DNA of 64,000 bases from Candidatus Latescibacterota bacterium (GCA_965223905.1 CBDCXV010000011.1:1472001-1536000); one strand, 5' to 3'; positions 9,633 to 19,877 are shown, counted from the stretch's first letter. The notes: generated by a model from the sequence alone, not told the origin. Translations and numbers: made by a program.

Positions 9633-10092
9633 AGGAGTCCCTCCTCATCCGGCGGGGCGGTTCACTCACCCCGGCAAACACGCAGTAGGCGCCCCAGGCG
9701 CTGTCGACGTAGAGATCGAGGCTTCGGTACCCGGTGCCGCCGAAGTGCACGAGCAGGCGCCGGCTGCCGTCGGGATGCGCGAAGGGCTCGTGCGGCCAGA
9801 CGATAGGGCGATGCCGCTGCGCGTCCGGGTGCTGCTCGCCGAAGCAGACCGCCTCTTCCGGAGTCGGCCGCCGCAGTCCGCGCCTGTGGAGCTCGGCGAC
9901 TCCTTCTGCCGAGGTGGCGATCCGCCCGAGGCCGACCAGCTCGACAGCGACCTCCGCCTGCGGCCGCGGCACCAGCGGAAAGTTCTCCTGGTCGATGAAG
10001 GAGTGCACCCCGTCGTAGCCGCCGGCGCGCACGATCTCGTCCATCGTGCGGCTGCCGCCGACCCTCACCGGAAACCGCCTTGCTTCCGTCAT
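9592..10092 (-). CDS. Hypothetical protein
   Basis: ATG 10092 (MTEARRFPVRV) just after the PKD gene; protein-like composition (ENFPL..VELV..GLRRPTPEEAVCFGEQHPDAQR..PIVW). Confidence 0.65.
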   Translation of the reverse strand: MTEARRFPVRVGGSRTMDEIVRAGGYDGVHSFIDQENFPLVPRPQAEVAVELVGLGRIATSAEGVAELHRRGLRRPTPEEAVCFGEQHPDAQRHRPIVWPHEPFAHPDGSRRLLVHFGGTGYRSLDLYVDSAWGAYCVFAGVSEPPRRMRRDSFTGSRREAAPARP

Positions 10093-10109
10093 GCCGCGAC
10101 CTGCCGCGG

Positions 10110-11180
10110 TCACTTCACCATCACCTCGTAGACCTTGACGCGCCGGGCCTTTCCCTCGGGGCCCTCGACGTTCAGGGTCACCACGAACGCGCCCGCTTCG
10201 CCGTACTGGTGGATCGGGTGCGGCTCCTCCGAGGTCGTGCCGTCGCCGAAGTCCCACGACCAGGAGTTGATCTCCCCGCGCGAGCGGTCGGTGAAGGCGA
10301 CCATGCGGCGGTCCATGTCCACGACGGTGTATTCGTACTCCGCCTCGAGCGACTTCAGGTGCTCAGGTTCCAGCGGCATCAGCCGGAAGGCGCACAGGTT
10401 CGAGGCGTTGTTGTCCATGCGGGTCTCGTGGGAGAGGTTCCAGAACCCCTCGTACTGGGTGTGATCCTCGTCGTAGTCGAGGATCGACCAGGAGAGCGCG
10501 ATCAGGCCGTTCTCGACAAGCTGCGAAACGCTGGCCCGCTCCGGCCCGTCGTAAGGGGCGTAGTCGAACGGGGTGATCCAGCACTCGAGCACGAGGTTGC
10601 CGCTCTCCCCCTCCTTGAAGTCGTAGGAATAGGCATGGTTGGCGTACGGGAGCTTGCCGATCCAGGGCTGGCAGCCCCAGACGAAGACCCAGTCCCGCCC
10701 CTCCCCGGGGGGCGTGAAGATGTGGTAGTTCTGGGCGTGCACCCCCTTGAACAGGAAGTGGCTCTCCCAGGGGTCATCGATCTGCGGGTTTGTGATGTTC
10801 GGCCCCCCCGAGCGGTCGGCGTCGACGGCTATCTCGAAGAGGTCGCCGCGGGCGTAGTACATGTTCCAGAAATCGTCGTACGCCTCGTACAGAAAGTAGA
10901 GGCGGTTGAGGCCGTTGACCCAGCCGACGCGCACCCTGACATCGAGGTCCTCCGGGTCGTGGTTGGTCCCCTTCCCCATCACCGTGTCCTTCAACTGGTC
11001 GGTGCCGTAGACGTACTCCTCGGGGACCATCTCCCAGTCGTCGGTGCTGCCGTCGATGCGGGGGATCATGTCCGCGGGAAACTGGAAGATTTTGAACTCG
11101 GTGTCGGTGCGCTGCAGCGCCTCGGAAGCGGTCGTGCCGAGCAACAGGGCCGCCAGCATGCAGAGTACTTGCTTCATCAA
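10110..11180 (-). CDS. Secreted protein: CBM9/DOMON-like domain + C-terminal PKD domain
   Basis: Signal peptide; PRIDGSTDDW; PKD motif AFTDRS..SWSWDFGDG..P.H.Y..G.F.VTL.V; AAGGAG RBS upstream. Confidence 0.8.
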   Translation of the reverse strand: MMKQVLCMLAALLLGTTASEALQRTDTEFKIFQFPADMIPRIDGSTDDWEMVPEEYVYGTDQLKDTVMGKGTNHDPEDLDVRVRVGWVNGLNRLYFLYEAYDDFWNMYYARGDLFEIAVDADRSGGPNITNPQIDDPWESHFLFKGVHAQNYHIFTPPGEGRDWVFVWGCQPWIGKLPYANHAYSYDFKEGESGNLVLECWITPFDYAPYDGPERASVSQLVENGLIALSWSILDYDEDHTQYEGFWNLSHETRMDNNASNLCAFRLMPLEPEHLKSLEAEYEYTVVDMDRRMVAFTDRSRGEINSWSWDFGDGTTSEEPHPIHQYGEAGAFVVTLNVEGPEGKARRVKVYEVMVK

Positions 11181-11341
11181 CTGTTAGCTCCTTTCGGTGT
11201 TCCTGTGGGATGACTCGCGGGGATTTCAATCTGGTTCCAGGCTGTCTATTTAATCGATCCGGAGGCGTACAAGATAACGCAGGGCAGCCGCACTTTTCGC
11301 CGCGGATGCCGCCGCCCAAATGCAAATGCTGGCACCACACC

Positions 11342-12553
11342 TCAGGTAGGTGTGCCCGCGGACCGGACTTCGCAACGAAGGGCGCGAACCCTTACCGCCA
11401 GTTCGCGGATGCGCGCCTGCAGATCGCCGATCATCCCCGACAGGTCGAGCGCGGCGACTTCGAGTCGTTTCCCGGCGTGACGAACCTGATGCACTACATC
11501 CTCCGCTTCGCCCCCGGCATAAACAAGCAGGCCCCCCGGCAGATCCAACGCGGTGGCATAGGCGAGAAGCTGGTACAGGTCGGCGTTGGGGACACGCTCA
11601 TCCTGGACCCGCTTGTACTTGGCATCACCGACGAATCTGCAGGTACGGCCGTCCCACCACGACAGGTCGGGCTTCAACGCGACTCTTCCCCTCTCGTCGA
11701 GGAAGACTCCGGATTTCTCCTCGTCGGACCGGAACGTCCGTTCCGAAAGGCCCAGTTCGTCGCGGAGAGCCCGAGTCACGAATTCCTGGAACACTTCGTT
11801 CATGTCCATCAGGAAACCTGCTGCCCGAACGGTGCCGCGTCCGACTTCGATGGCGGCGTAACGCAGGATGAGCCGTGCCAGGGTCACGACCTCCCGGTAG
11901 TGCTCGTTCAGCCGGTCGAACGCGACCTCCGGGACAGCGTTCGGCGGGAACTCTTCGAGGCTCACGTTGTCGAGCCTGGCGCCGATCCCGGCCAGCGCGG
12001 TACGGGACCGGGGACGGATGCGCAGCCGGCCGAGACTCGCGGCCGCGGCCTTCACCAGCCTGTTGGCCAGCACATCCTCCGTGAAGTCGTCGTAACGGAC
12101 TTCGATCGGCACCGGGAGAACGAAGCGCCGGCGAAGCTGCTCGCCGATGCGGATTCGCCCGCGGACCGTGTGCAGGGCCTCTTCCCTGATTTGATAGCCG
12201 TGGAGCAGCCCACCCGCAAACGCCCGCTGCGCCGCGGAGACGAGCGCGGGGGCCAGCGCTTCGACCAGGGTAGGTGCATCCTCGAAGTCGAAACGGTCCT
12301 CCCGGAAACGGATCCCGTCCATTGCGAAAGAAGCCAGGTAGAGCACGCGCGCGATCGGCAGCTTGGGACGGATTGCGACCGAGAGATCGCCGATTTCGAG
12401 CGCGCCTATGGTGGAACCGGGCGTCAGGTGGTACTCGTTCTTCGTCCCGGCTGCCGGCTCGACAGTGAGGATGTCGAGAAGCGCGTCTCGTTGGGAAGCT
12501 GAAAGCTGTACCGCTTCGCTTTTCTCGTGCTCCTTCAGGTCAAGCTTCGTCAT
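11342..12553 (-). CDS. mcrC: McrC family restriction nuclease subunit
   Basis: ATG 12553 overlaps the mcrB end; DMNEVFQEFV, LKPDL, GDAKYK, ADLYQLLAYA. Confidence 0.9.
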   Translation of the reverse strand: MTKLDLKEHEKSEAVQLSASQRDALLDILTVEPAAGTKNEYHLTPGSTIGALEIGDLSVAIRPKLPIARVLYLASFAMDGIRFREDRFDFEDAPTLVEALAPALVSAAQRAFAGGLLHGYQIREEALHTVRGRIRIGEQLRRRFVLPVPIEVRYDDFTEDVLANRLVKAAAASLGRLRIRPRSRTALAGIGARLDNVSLEEFPPNAVPEVAFDRLNEHYREVVTLARLILRYAAIEVGRGTVRAAGFLMDMNEVFQEFVTRALRDELGLSERTFRSDEEKSGVFLDERGRVALKPDLSWWDGRTCRFVGDAKYKRVQDERVPNADLYQLLAYATALDLPGGLLVYAGGEAEDVVHQVRHAGKRLEVAALDLSGMIGDLQARIRELAVRVRALRCEVRSAGTPT

Positions 12554-14141
12554 TGTCCGGAACCCCGCCTTCTTGCTGTTCTTCCTCATCCTGCCTCGTG
12601 GCGCTCTCCCGTCGGAGTCTATCGAGATCGAACTCTGCGCGGGGGTCGCGTTCCCCGTAGAGGCGCTCTTCGATGTAAGGGAGGACATTGTGCTCCCAGA
12701 TCATGCCGGCCTTGTCGTCGTCGAGCCTGTCCTTCTTAATGAAATAGCTCGGCCCGATGGATGCCTGCCGGTCGTCCAGCTTCTCGTTCGCCCGTTCGAC
12801 CGCGTCCGCCACCCAAACCATTTCCGGCGCATGCTTCTCCAGCCAACGCCTGAGCAAGCCCTGTACAGGCGGCCTGTCGGGATGGAACTCCACGAAATGG
12901 AAGCGGCGGCGCAGGGCGAGATCGACGAGGGCGATGGAGCGGTCGGCGGTGTTCATTGTACCGATGATGTAGAGGTTTTTGGGCAGGGCGAAGGACTCGC
13001 TGGAATACTGCAGGTCCATCTCCTCGTCGCGGTACTCAAGCAGGAAGTAGAGCTCGCCGAACACCTTGGCGAGGTTGCCCCGGTTGATCTCGTCGATGAC
13101 GAGGAAGTGGTTGGAATTCCGATCGGACCGGGCCGCTTTGGCCGCCTGGAGCAGAGGTCCGTTTCGCAGTTCGAAGCCGGGGTGTCCGTCGACAAGCCCG
13201 GGCCGGAAGCCCTGGACAAAGTCCTCGAACGCGTAGGACGGATGGAACTGCACCAGCTTGACGCGCTCCTCCGCCCCGGCGAGGCAGCGCGCCAGCTTCC
13301 GCGCGGCGTAAGTCTTGCCGGTGCCCGGCGGTCCCTGAAAGATGACCTGCCGTTTGTCGTCGAGCAGTTTCTCGATATTGCGAAGCTCTTCCACGTCGAA
13401 CAGCAACTCGGCAGCGAGCGCTTGCAGGTTGGGCGCTGGTTCCGTGGAATCCATTGAAACCTCTACCTCCTCATCCCCTGTCTCAGCGTCATCGACATCG
13501 GCTGCATCCGGTTGACTGTCTGCCTGGATTCCCCAAACCACCGACTGGGCCTCAAGAGGATTACTGGGTCTCTCAAGTCCCTTCGAGCGCGCTTTCTCAA
13601 CGAGGAACTCAAGGAAGTTCAAGGCATGCTCGTACCGAGTCCCTTCATCTGCCCTCCGGGGAAGGGAGGGATACCCGGTGAGTTTGTACGCATCGGAAAA
13701 GAGCTGCTCTCTGTAAGGGGGGTATCGATCGGGGTCCATCCCCATCAGCAGCACGGAGATCACGTTCAGGCGGACTCCCGGGCCTTTGATCACCTCCTCG
13801 GGAAACTGGCTGGCGAAAGAGCGGATGCGGGCACCCGGCCCTTGCTCGCCGGCGGACCAGAAGGCTAGCAGCGATGCCGATGCTTCGTCCGTGAATTCAT
13901 CTAGCCAGCGGATGACTTTTTGCCCATTACGCCAGTAGACCAGGTTGTTCCGGTTGTCCCTGATCGCAGCCTTGAGGAGATCGAGCCAACTGCCGTTTCC
14001 CGCGAGCAGGGCGTCCCGGGCGGCCGCCAGGTTTTTTCCTATCTCACGCTTGTAGACTATCTCCTCGTCATCCAGGCGACCGCTGTCGACGTACTGCCGC
14101 ACATCTTCGATGAAGCCGTCCCACTTGTTGTCTTCGGTCAT
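12540..14141 (-). CDS. mcrB: McrB family AAA+ GTPase with uncharacterised N-terminal domain
   Basis: GPPGTGKT, VQFHPSYAFEDFVQG, IDEINRGN, GTMNTADRSIA, ALRRRF; GGAGG RBS upstream of ATG 14141. Confidence 0.92.
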   Translation of the reverse strand: MTEDNKWDGFIEDVRQYVDSGRLDDEEIVYKREIGKNLAAARDALLAGNGSWLDLLKAAIRDNRNNLVYWRNGQKVIRWLDEFTDEASASLLAFWSAGEQGPGARIRSFASQFPEEVIKGPGVRLNVISVLLMGMDPDRYPPYREQLFSDAYKLTGYPSLPRRADEGTRYEHALNFLEFLVEKARSKGLERPSNPLEAQSVVWGIQADSQPDAADVDDAETGDEEVEVSMDSTEPAPNLQALAAELLFDVEELRNIEKLLDDKRQVIFQGPPGTGKTYAARKLARCLAGAEERVKLVQFHPSYAFEDFVQGFRPGLVDGHPGFELRNGPLLQAAKAARSDRNSNHFLVIDEINRGNLAKVFGELYFLLEYRDEEMDLQYSSESFALPKNLYIIGTMNTADRSIALVDLALRRRFHFVEFHPDRPPVQGLLRRWLEKHAPEMVWVADAVERANEKLDDRQASIGPSYFIKKDRLDDDKAGMIWEHNVLPYIEERLYGERDPRAEFDLDRLRRESATRQDEEEQQEGGVPDNDEA

Positions 14142-14438
14142 GGTTCCCTCCTCGAAGCCGGACTGCACTTGCCGCGCAGTCGGCCAGGTTTTGGTTGTTT
14201 CCAGGCGCCATGCCGTCTCACCCACTCCCTGAGCAACCGGCGCGAATCCTGCCAGGGATAACAGCTTTTTGAAACAATCGGGTCAAGCGAGATTGTGTTG
14301 CCGCTGGTGCCGGATGACCCTTGGCGGGATGCGGAGCCCGCCGGCAATAAACCTCGGCGGCCCGCAGCGAAACATTAGATTCCCCGGCGCAACGGTTTTC
14401 CCAACAGACTCATCGGTTCCCCTGCAGAAAGGCTTTAA

Positions 14439-16430
14439 ATGGACACAGGTCTTTTCACCCGTGAGGGCAGGTCCCTCGTCGGGCGCATCGGCAGCCTCGA
14501 GCTCTCCTGGGACCGCCACAAAGGCGGCCGCCTGTCGCTCTCGCACCGCCGCGGCGGTTCCCTCGTGCCGGTCGGCACCTTCTCGATGGAGGCCCGGCTC
14601 GAAGGGGCGGTCCTCCGTTCCGCGGACGACCCGGACCCGCGCCTGATTCCGGTGGAGGCAGGTCCCCACCGTCTCGTCCTCCGCGTCGTGCAGCGCCTGC
14701 GCGACGGCGACGGCATCCACCTCGGCGACGCCATGCAGGAGACCTGGGCCTGGGCCGACGGCCCGGTATACCTGAGCGCCATGCTGCGGCTCGTCCACCC
14801 GGGCAGAGGGGGCCGGCTGCTGGCAGCAGGCGCCAGTCTCCCCTTTGCCGGTGGCTGGAGCCCGGCAGGCGGAGATGGGATCCGCCTGGCCCACGAGAGC
14901 GGACTGCGCACCGCGGTCCTCAGCTACCGCGGCGGCGGACTCTGGGCCTTTCCTCCAGGGGTAGCCGAACCGCAACCCGCGGACGCTCGCAAAGCATGGG
15001 AGCTGGTGGAGCCAAGTGGCCCACCGTTCTACCGCTCCTGGGGCCCGTACTTCGAGCAGTGGGGCAGCCCTGCCGGCTGGTCCTCGCTACGGCTGGAGGA
15101 AGGACCGGCCCTGCGCGCCGCCTGGACGGAAGGGGACCCGTTGGACAGGGAGCCGGTCCAGGGTTTCCACGGGTTGCTCGCCCTTCTATGCGGCGAGGAG
15201 GACGAAGCCGTCGAGCGCCAGGTCCGCTCCTTCGAGCAGCCGCCGACCCCTTCCGTGACCGGGGGAACCGTCCTCTTCCACTCGCCGATGGATGGGTCGA
15301 CCACGGTGCGCAAGACCGCTCCGCGCATGACGGTGACCTACCCGGCCGGCGGGACGGAGGGCCGTGCACGTCTCTGCGTCCGCGGCATCGGTCCCGGTCC
15401 CGCGGTCCGCGTCGGTGGAAGCGAGGCCCTGCCGTTCCCGGTGGCCGGCGGCGGCGTCGACGACGACCCGAACGGCCCCAACCTGGTGCGCCCCGACGAC
15501 CGCCACGGACCGATCCTGACCGACGGGGACCGGGCCCCGGACGAGCTGCTGACCACCTTCGACCTCGCCGCGGGCCGCCAGACCGAAGTGGAGCTGGCCT
15601 CTGCACCGGGCGTGGCGCTGGCAACGCAGAAATGGGACGACCGCCGCAACCTCCTGCTGTTCTCGTCCGCCCAGCCCCGCGGCAACCTCGGCTCCCTTTG
15701 CCTGCGCGACCTGAAGATGCGCGACCTCAAGGTGCCGGGAGATACGGCGCCCTCCATGGCCCGCCTGCCGCTCTACTGGTTCCTCGCCAACGCCAACTCC
15801 GCCCACCACTGCCTCAACGAGCCGAAGTCGGTGGACCTGTTGGAAAACGGCCCGGACGCGGTCCGCCTGCGCATCACCTCCGAAAACCCGGCCGGCACCG
15901 CGGTCTCGGAAATCGACGCGACCATTCCCTACCTCGAGGACCGCCTGCGGTTCGATCTCAGGTGCCGCTTCAGCGCCCGGGAGACCTGGGACGTCGCCGC
16001 AATCCAGTACTGCAATTTCTTCCCCGAAGAGCGCCGCCACCCGCAGGAGTGGGGCACCGACCGCGTCCTGGTGATCTCCTCCGACGGGCAGCGGATGCTC
16101 GTCGACCACCGCGGCGCCGGGGAGCAGCGCATCCTGTCGGGCGAGAAGTTCCAGCAGTACGAGGGGAACCTGTTCGTCGCCCTCTACGGGGGGCCGCGCG
16201 GCGACATCCTGGCCCTGAGCCGGCCCCGCGGGATTCCCGGGGCGCGCCAGGAGTACGTGCTCTGCGAGTGCTGGCTCGACAATCACCTCAACCTCGGCTC
16301 CACGTCGGAGACGATCGCCGCCGGCACCTGCTGGGAGATGGACCTGACCCTGCTGCTGACCCGCCCCACCAGCGTCGACGAGGATATCGAGGCCCTCGGC
16401 CGCCGGGCCCTGGAAGCCGGGGAGCTGTGA
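14439..16430 (+). CDS. Hypothetical 663-aa protein
   Basis: Long ORF with GC3-biased codons and normal amino-acid composition; no family recognised. Confidence 0.75.
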   Translation: MDTGLFTREGRSLVGRIGSLELSWDRHKGGRLSLSHRRGGSLVPVGTFSMEARLEGAVLRSADDPDPRLIPVEAGPHRLVLRVVQRLRDGDGIHLGDAMQETWAWADGPVYLSAMLRLVHPGRGGRLLAAGASLPFAGGWSPAGGDGIRLAHESGLRTAVLSYRGGGLWAFPPGVAEPQPADARKAWELVEPSGPPFYRSWGPYFEQWGSPAGWSSLRLEEGPALRAAWTEGDPLDREPVQGFHGLLALLCGEEDEAVERQVRSFEQPPTPSVTGGTVLFHSPMDGSTTVRKTAPRMTVTYPAGGTEGRARLCVRGIGPGPAVRVGGSEALPFPVAGGGVDDDPNGPNLVRPDDRHGPILTDGDRAPDELLTTFDLAAGRQTEVELASAPGVALATQKWDDRRNLLLFSSAQPRGNLGSLCLRDLKMRDLKVPGDTAPSMARLPLYWFLANANSAHHCLNEPKSVDLLENGPDAVRLRITSENPAGTAVSEIDATIPYLEDRLRFDLRCRFSARETWDVAAIQYCNFFPEERRHPQEWGTDRVLVISSDGQRMLVDHRGAGEQRILSGEKFQQYEGNLFVALYGGPRGDILALSRPRGIPGARQEYVLCECWLDNHLNLGSTSETIAAGTCWEMDLTLLLTRPTSVDEDIEALGRRALEAGEL

Positions 16431-16507
16431 TCCAGGCCAGGGGAAACCGCTGCATGACCGGCACGTCGACCGGCCGGCAGGGGCTCGTTCGCGGGTTCCA
16501 GCGGTCC

Positions 16508-16704
16508 TCAGATCTCGCCGATCACCGCTGCGAGGGTGCGGTGGCGAACATGTACAGCCGGTCCTCGTAGTGGTGGATAACCATGTTCACCCCGTTCGCC
16601 CTCAGCGCTTCGGCGACCCCGGGCCACAGCTCGCGGTGGGCCTTCCTGTACTCGTCGGAGCCGCCCGGCTTCAACTTGAAGGTCTGTCCGGTCCAATACA
16701 TCAT
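16508..16704 (-). pseudogene. Truncated L-rhamnose mutarotase-like gene
   Basis: MMYWTGQTFKLKPGGSDEYRKAHRELWPGVAEALRANGV (EYxxxHxxxWP) stops after 60 aa; a possible terminal AVIGEI* follows out of frame. Confidence 0.7.
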
Positions 16705-16819
16705 CCACCTCTCTTTCCCGAGGATTCCGGCGCTTTCCCGATCCTTGGGGGAATCTATATTACCCGCCTTTCGCGGCCCCTTCCAAGGCCGTTCCCCTCG
16801 CTCCGGGAGCCATCTATCC

Positions 16820-17596
16820 ATGCATATCGCCGTATTCGGCGCCGCCGGCTGGCTAGGCCGCGCCCTGCTCGGCAACCTGAAGGAGAAGCACATTGTCCGC
16901 GCCGTCGACCGCTCCCCGGATGCCTGGCGGGCCTGGGAGGACGTCGACGGAACCTGGGAGGGAGAGGTCGTTCACGGGGAGATCACCGACTTCGCTTCCG
17001 TCGATACCGCGCTCGAGGGGATGGACGCCGCGGTCCACGCGACCGCCTTCTTCCCCACGGACCGCCCTGCCGAGGAGGAGGCCGAGACCGCCTTCGCCGT
17101 CAACGTGCGCGGCCTGTGGAACTTCCTCGAAGCCGCCCGCCGCCGCGGCCTCAAACGGGTCGTCCACGTCGGCTCCTGCCAAAGCCGGCATCCGGACGGC
17201 CGCTTCTTCACCGCGGAAATGCGCCGGCCCGACGCCTCCCTCTACGCCGTGACCAAGCGGCTGCAGGAGGAGATGTGCCGCCAGTACCACGAGGGCCACG
17301 GCCTCTCCATCGTCGTCATGCGCCCCGACTACATAGTCGACAGCCGCATCGGCATGGGCCGCTTCCGCGAGCAGCTGGTGATGTCGCACCTGGGAAGCAG
17401 CGGCTGGGTCTGCCGGCACGATCTGGCGGATGCCTGCAGGCTCGCCCTCGAGTCGGAGAACATCCAATTCGACATCTTTCACACGGTGGGCGAACCCGAG
17501 GCCGACGCCACCTGCGACGTCGCCCGCTCCCGCGAGGTCCTGGGGCTGACATACCGGGGGGACCTCGCCCAGTACCGGACCGCAGAGAACCCGTAA
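16820..17596 (+). CDS. NAD-dependent epimerase/dehydratase (SDR)
   Basis: MHIAVFGAAGWLG Rossmann motif, VNVRG, YAVTK (YxxxK). Confidence 0.88.
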   Translation: MHIAVFGAAGWLGRALLGNLKEKHIVRAVDRSPDAWRAWEDVDGTWEGEVVHGEITDFASVDTALEGMDAAVHATAFFPTDRPAEEEAETAFAVNVRGLWNFLEAARRRGLKRVVHVGSCQSRHPDGRFFTAEMRRPDASLYAVTKRLQEEMCRQYHEGHGLSIVVMRPDYIVDSRIGMGRFREQLVMSHLGSSGWVCRHDLADACRLALESENIQFDIFHTVGEPEADATCDVARSREVLGLTYRGDLAQYRTAENP

Positions 17597-17616
17597 ACAC
17601 GGAACGGAGACCCGAC

Positions 17617-18447
17617 ATGCCGCGGCGCGCGGACGCCCACATTCACCTTTTCGAGCACAGCCTGCAGGGCACCTTCCCCACCCGGCCGGGCGTGCAGATC
17701 GACGAGGCCGCCTGCTACGACTCGCTGGCCGGGGAGCACGACGTCGCCGCGGCCCTGATCGTCTGCCACAGGGGGGGCGGAAACGAGGGGAACAACGAAT
17801 ACGTGGCCGGCCTGAAACCGAAGTACGACTGGATCCGGCCCGCCGCTTACGTCGACCCGGGGGACCCCCCGTCGCTCGAAACCCTCGCGAAATGGCAGGA
17901 CCAGGGGTTCGTCGGCCTGGTGATGTACATCGACCCGGAGAACGTCGCGGGCCTGCGGACCTTCCCGGACGAGATCTGGGAATGGATGATCGCGCGGAAC
18001 TGGCTGCTCAGCGTCAACTCCAGGGGGGAGCTCTGGTCGGCCTGGCATGGGGTGCTCGAGCGCCACCCGCGGCTGCGCCTGGTGATGTCCCACCTCGGCC
18101 TGCCCGACCGGGTCGCCTCCCCCATCGGTCGGGAGCAGGCGCGGTCGGGGCTGAGCCACCAGACGGGCCTGGCCCGTTACCCGGAAGTGCGCGTCAAGCT
18201 CAGCGGGTTCTACGCCCTCACCGAACCCTGGTACGACTACCCCCACGAGCTCGCCTGGCCCTATGTCGAGGTGCTGATCGAGGCGTTCGGCGTCGAGCGG
18301 CTGCTGTGGGCATCCGATTTCACCCCCCACCTCAACCACCAGACCTTCCCGCAGACCCTCGGGCTGTTGTGGAAGATGCCCTTCCTCGGCGACGGCGACC
18401 GCGACCGCATCGCCGGGGAGAACCTGCTCGACCTGCTGGAAGGCTGA
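17617..18447 (+). CDS. Amidohydrolase_2 family (lactonase-like)
   Basis: DAHIH, MSHLGLP, VKLSG, LLWASDF; GGAG RBS before ATG 17617. Confidence 0.85.
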   Translation: MPRRADAHIHLFEHSLQGTFPTRPGVQIDEAACYDSLAGEHDVAAALIVCHRGGGNEGNNEYVAGLKPKYDWIRPAAYVDPGDPPSLETLAKWQDQGFVGLVMYIDPENVAGLRTFPDEIWEWMIARNWLLSVNSRGELWSAWHGVLERHPRLRLVMSHLGLPDRVASPIGREQARSGLSHQTGLARYPEVRVKLSGFYALTEPWYDYPHELAWPYVEVLIEAFGVERLLWASDFTPHLNHQTFPQTLGLLWKMPFLGDGDRDRIAGENLLDLLEG

Positions 18448-18510
18448 AGCCCCTCCCGCAGGCGCAGGGCAGGCGAATCGACCGATTTCCCAAGACAGGA
18501 AAGGAGCCCC

Positions 18511-19773
18511 ATGAAAGTCACCGCAGTCGAACGCATCGTCGTCGACGTCCCCTTCACCACGCGCCAGCAGGAGATCACGCGCCAGTCGGTCTACAACTGG
18601 TCGATCCTCGAGCTGTGCAAGGTCGTCACCGACAGCGGCCACGTCGGCTGGGGGGAAACCGTCGTCCACTACACTTACGGCCGCGTCACCGACGACACGG
18701 TCGCCAGCGCGATCGGGCGCAGTCCCGCGGAGCTGATGAACGAGGACGGCCTCGGCGCCGGCCTGCAGATGGCCCTATTCGACGCCGTCGGCAAGATCCT
18801 CGAAGTGCCCGTGCACCAGCTGATCGCGCCCAAGGTGCGGGACTGGACCCCGATCTCCTGGTGGTGCAGCCACTCCTCGCCGGAGAACTGGGCCGCGGAG
18901 GCGGCCGAAGCGGTGGAGCACGGGTACACGAGCCTCAAGAACAAACCGCGGCCCTGGAACGACATCGTCGCCCAGGTCGACGCCATCTGCAAGGTGGTGC
19001 CGCCGCACTTCCACCTCGACCTCGATCCCAACGGCTCCTGGGAGAACGCCGCCAACGCGGTGCCGATCATGAAACGGCTCGAGGCCTTCGAGAACGTCGC
19101 CATGTTCGAGACCCCGATACCGCAGGACGACATCCTCGGCAACCGCCAGATCCGCCGGGCGGTCAACAGGCCGGTGGCCATGCACTTCGGCTCGCCGCCG
19201 TTCACCACCGCGGTGCGCGAGGAGGTCTGCGACGGCTTCGTCATCGGCGGCGGGAAGTCCAACACCGTCAGGCAGGGACAGTGCGCCGCGGAAGTCTCGA
19301 TGCCGTTCTGGCTGCAGATCGTCGGCAACGGGCTCACTACCACCTGGGACGCCCATCTCGGGGCGGTGCTGACCCACGCCAAGTGGCCGGCGATCAGCTG
19401 CATCAACCTCTACAGCCACCACCTGCTGAGCGAGCCGGTGCGCGTGGTCAACGGACACCAGCGCGTCCCCGACGGCCCCGGCCTCGGCGTCGAGGTGGAC
19501 GAGGACGCGGTCGAGCGCTTCCGGGTTCCGCAGGAGGTCCTCGACGAGCACGCCAGCCGGGGGGAGCTGTTCATCCACCCGAAACCGCGGCTGATCAACG
19601 CCGTCGTCTATCCGGACGGCACCTGCATTTACATGGACGGCCTCGCGACCCCCGGCACCTACGTAGAGGGAGTGCGCACCGAGATTCTCGACGACGACGG
19701 CTCGAAGGAGTGGGCGGAGCTGCACGGGCGGGTGCAGCGGGAAGGGCAGGTGGTCAGCCGCTGGGAGGGGTGA
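18511..19773 (+). CDS. Mandelate racemase/enolase superfamily protein
   Basis: GWGE, MALFDAVGK, LKNK, LDLDPN, FETP, GPGLGVEVD; AAGGAG RBS. Confidence 0.85.
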   Translation: MKVTAVERIVVDVPFTTRQQEITRQSVYNWSILELCKVVTDSGHVGWGETVVHYTYGRVTDDTVASAIGRSPAELMNEDGLGAGLQMALFDAVGKILEVPVHQLIAPKVRDWTPISWWCSHSSPENWAAEAAEAVEHGYTSLKNKPRPWNDIVAQVDAICKVVPPHFHLDLDPNGSWENAANAVPIMKRLEAFENVAMFETPIPQDDILGNRQIRRAVNRPVAMHFGSPPFTTAVREEVCDGFVIGGGKSNTVRQGQCAAEVSMPFWLQIVGNGLTTTWDAHLGAVLTHAKWPAISCINLYSHHLLSEPVRVVNGHQRVPDGPGLGVEVDEDAVERFRVPQEVLDEHASRGELFIHPKPRLINAVVYPDGTCIYMDGLATPGTYVEGVRTEILDDDGSKEWAELHGRVQREGQVVSRWEG

Positions 19774-19877
19774 GGTGTCGAGGGTCGCAGAGCCCACGAG
19801 CCGGCGCCAGATCGAACGGGTGGAACCGCGGGGGGCAGTCGAAGCCTGATCCATTCCCGGTAGCTCCCGGGGGCGGT

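Noticed and set aside
16570-18447. 625-aa ORF as a large fusion protein
   Set aside because: The upstream part is Arg/Pro-rich off-frame sequence over the SDR gene; the amidohydrolase starts at ATG 17617 after an RBS.
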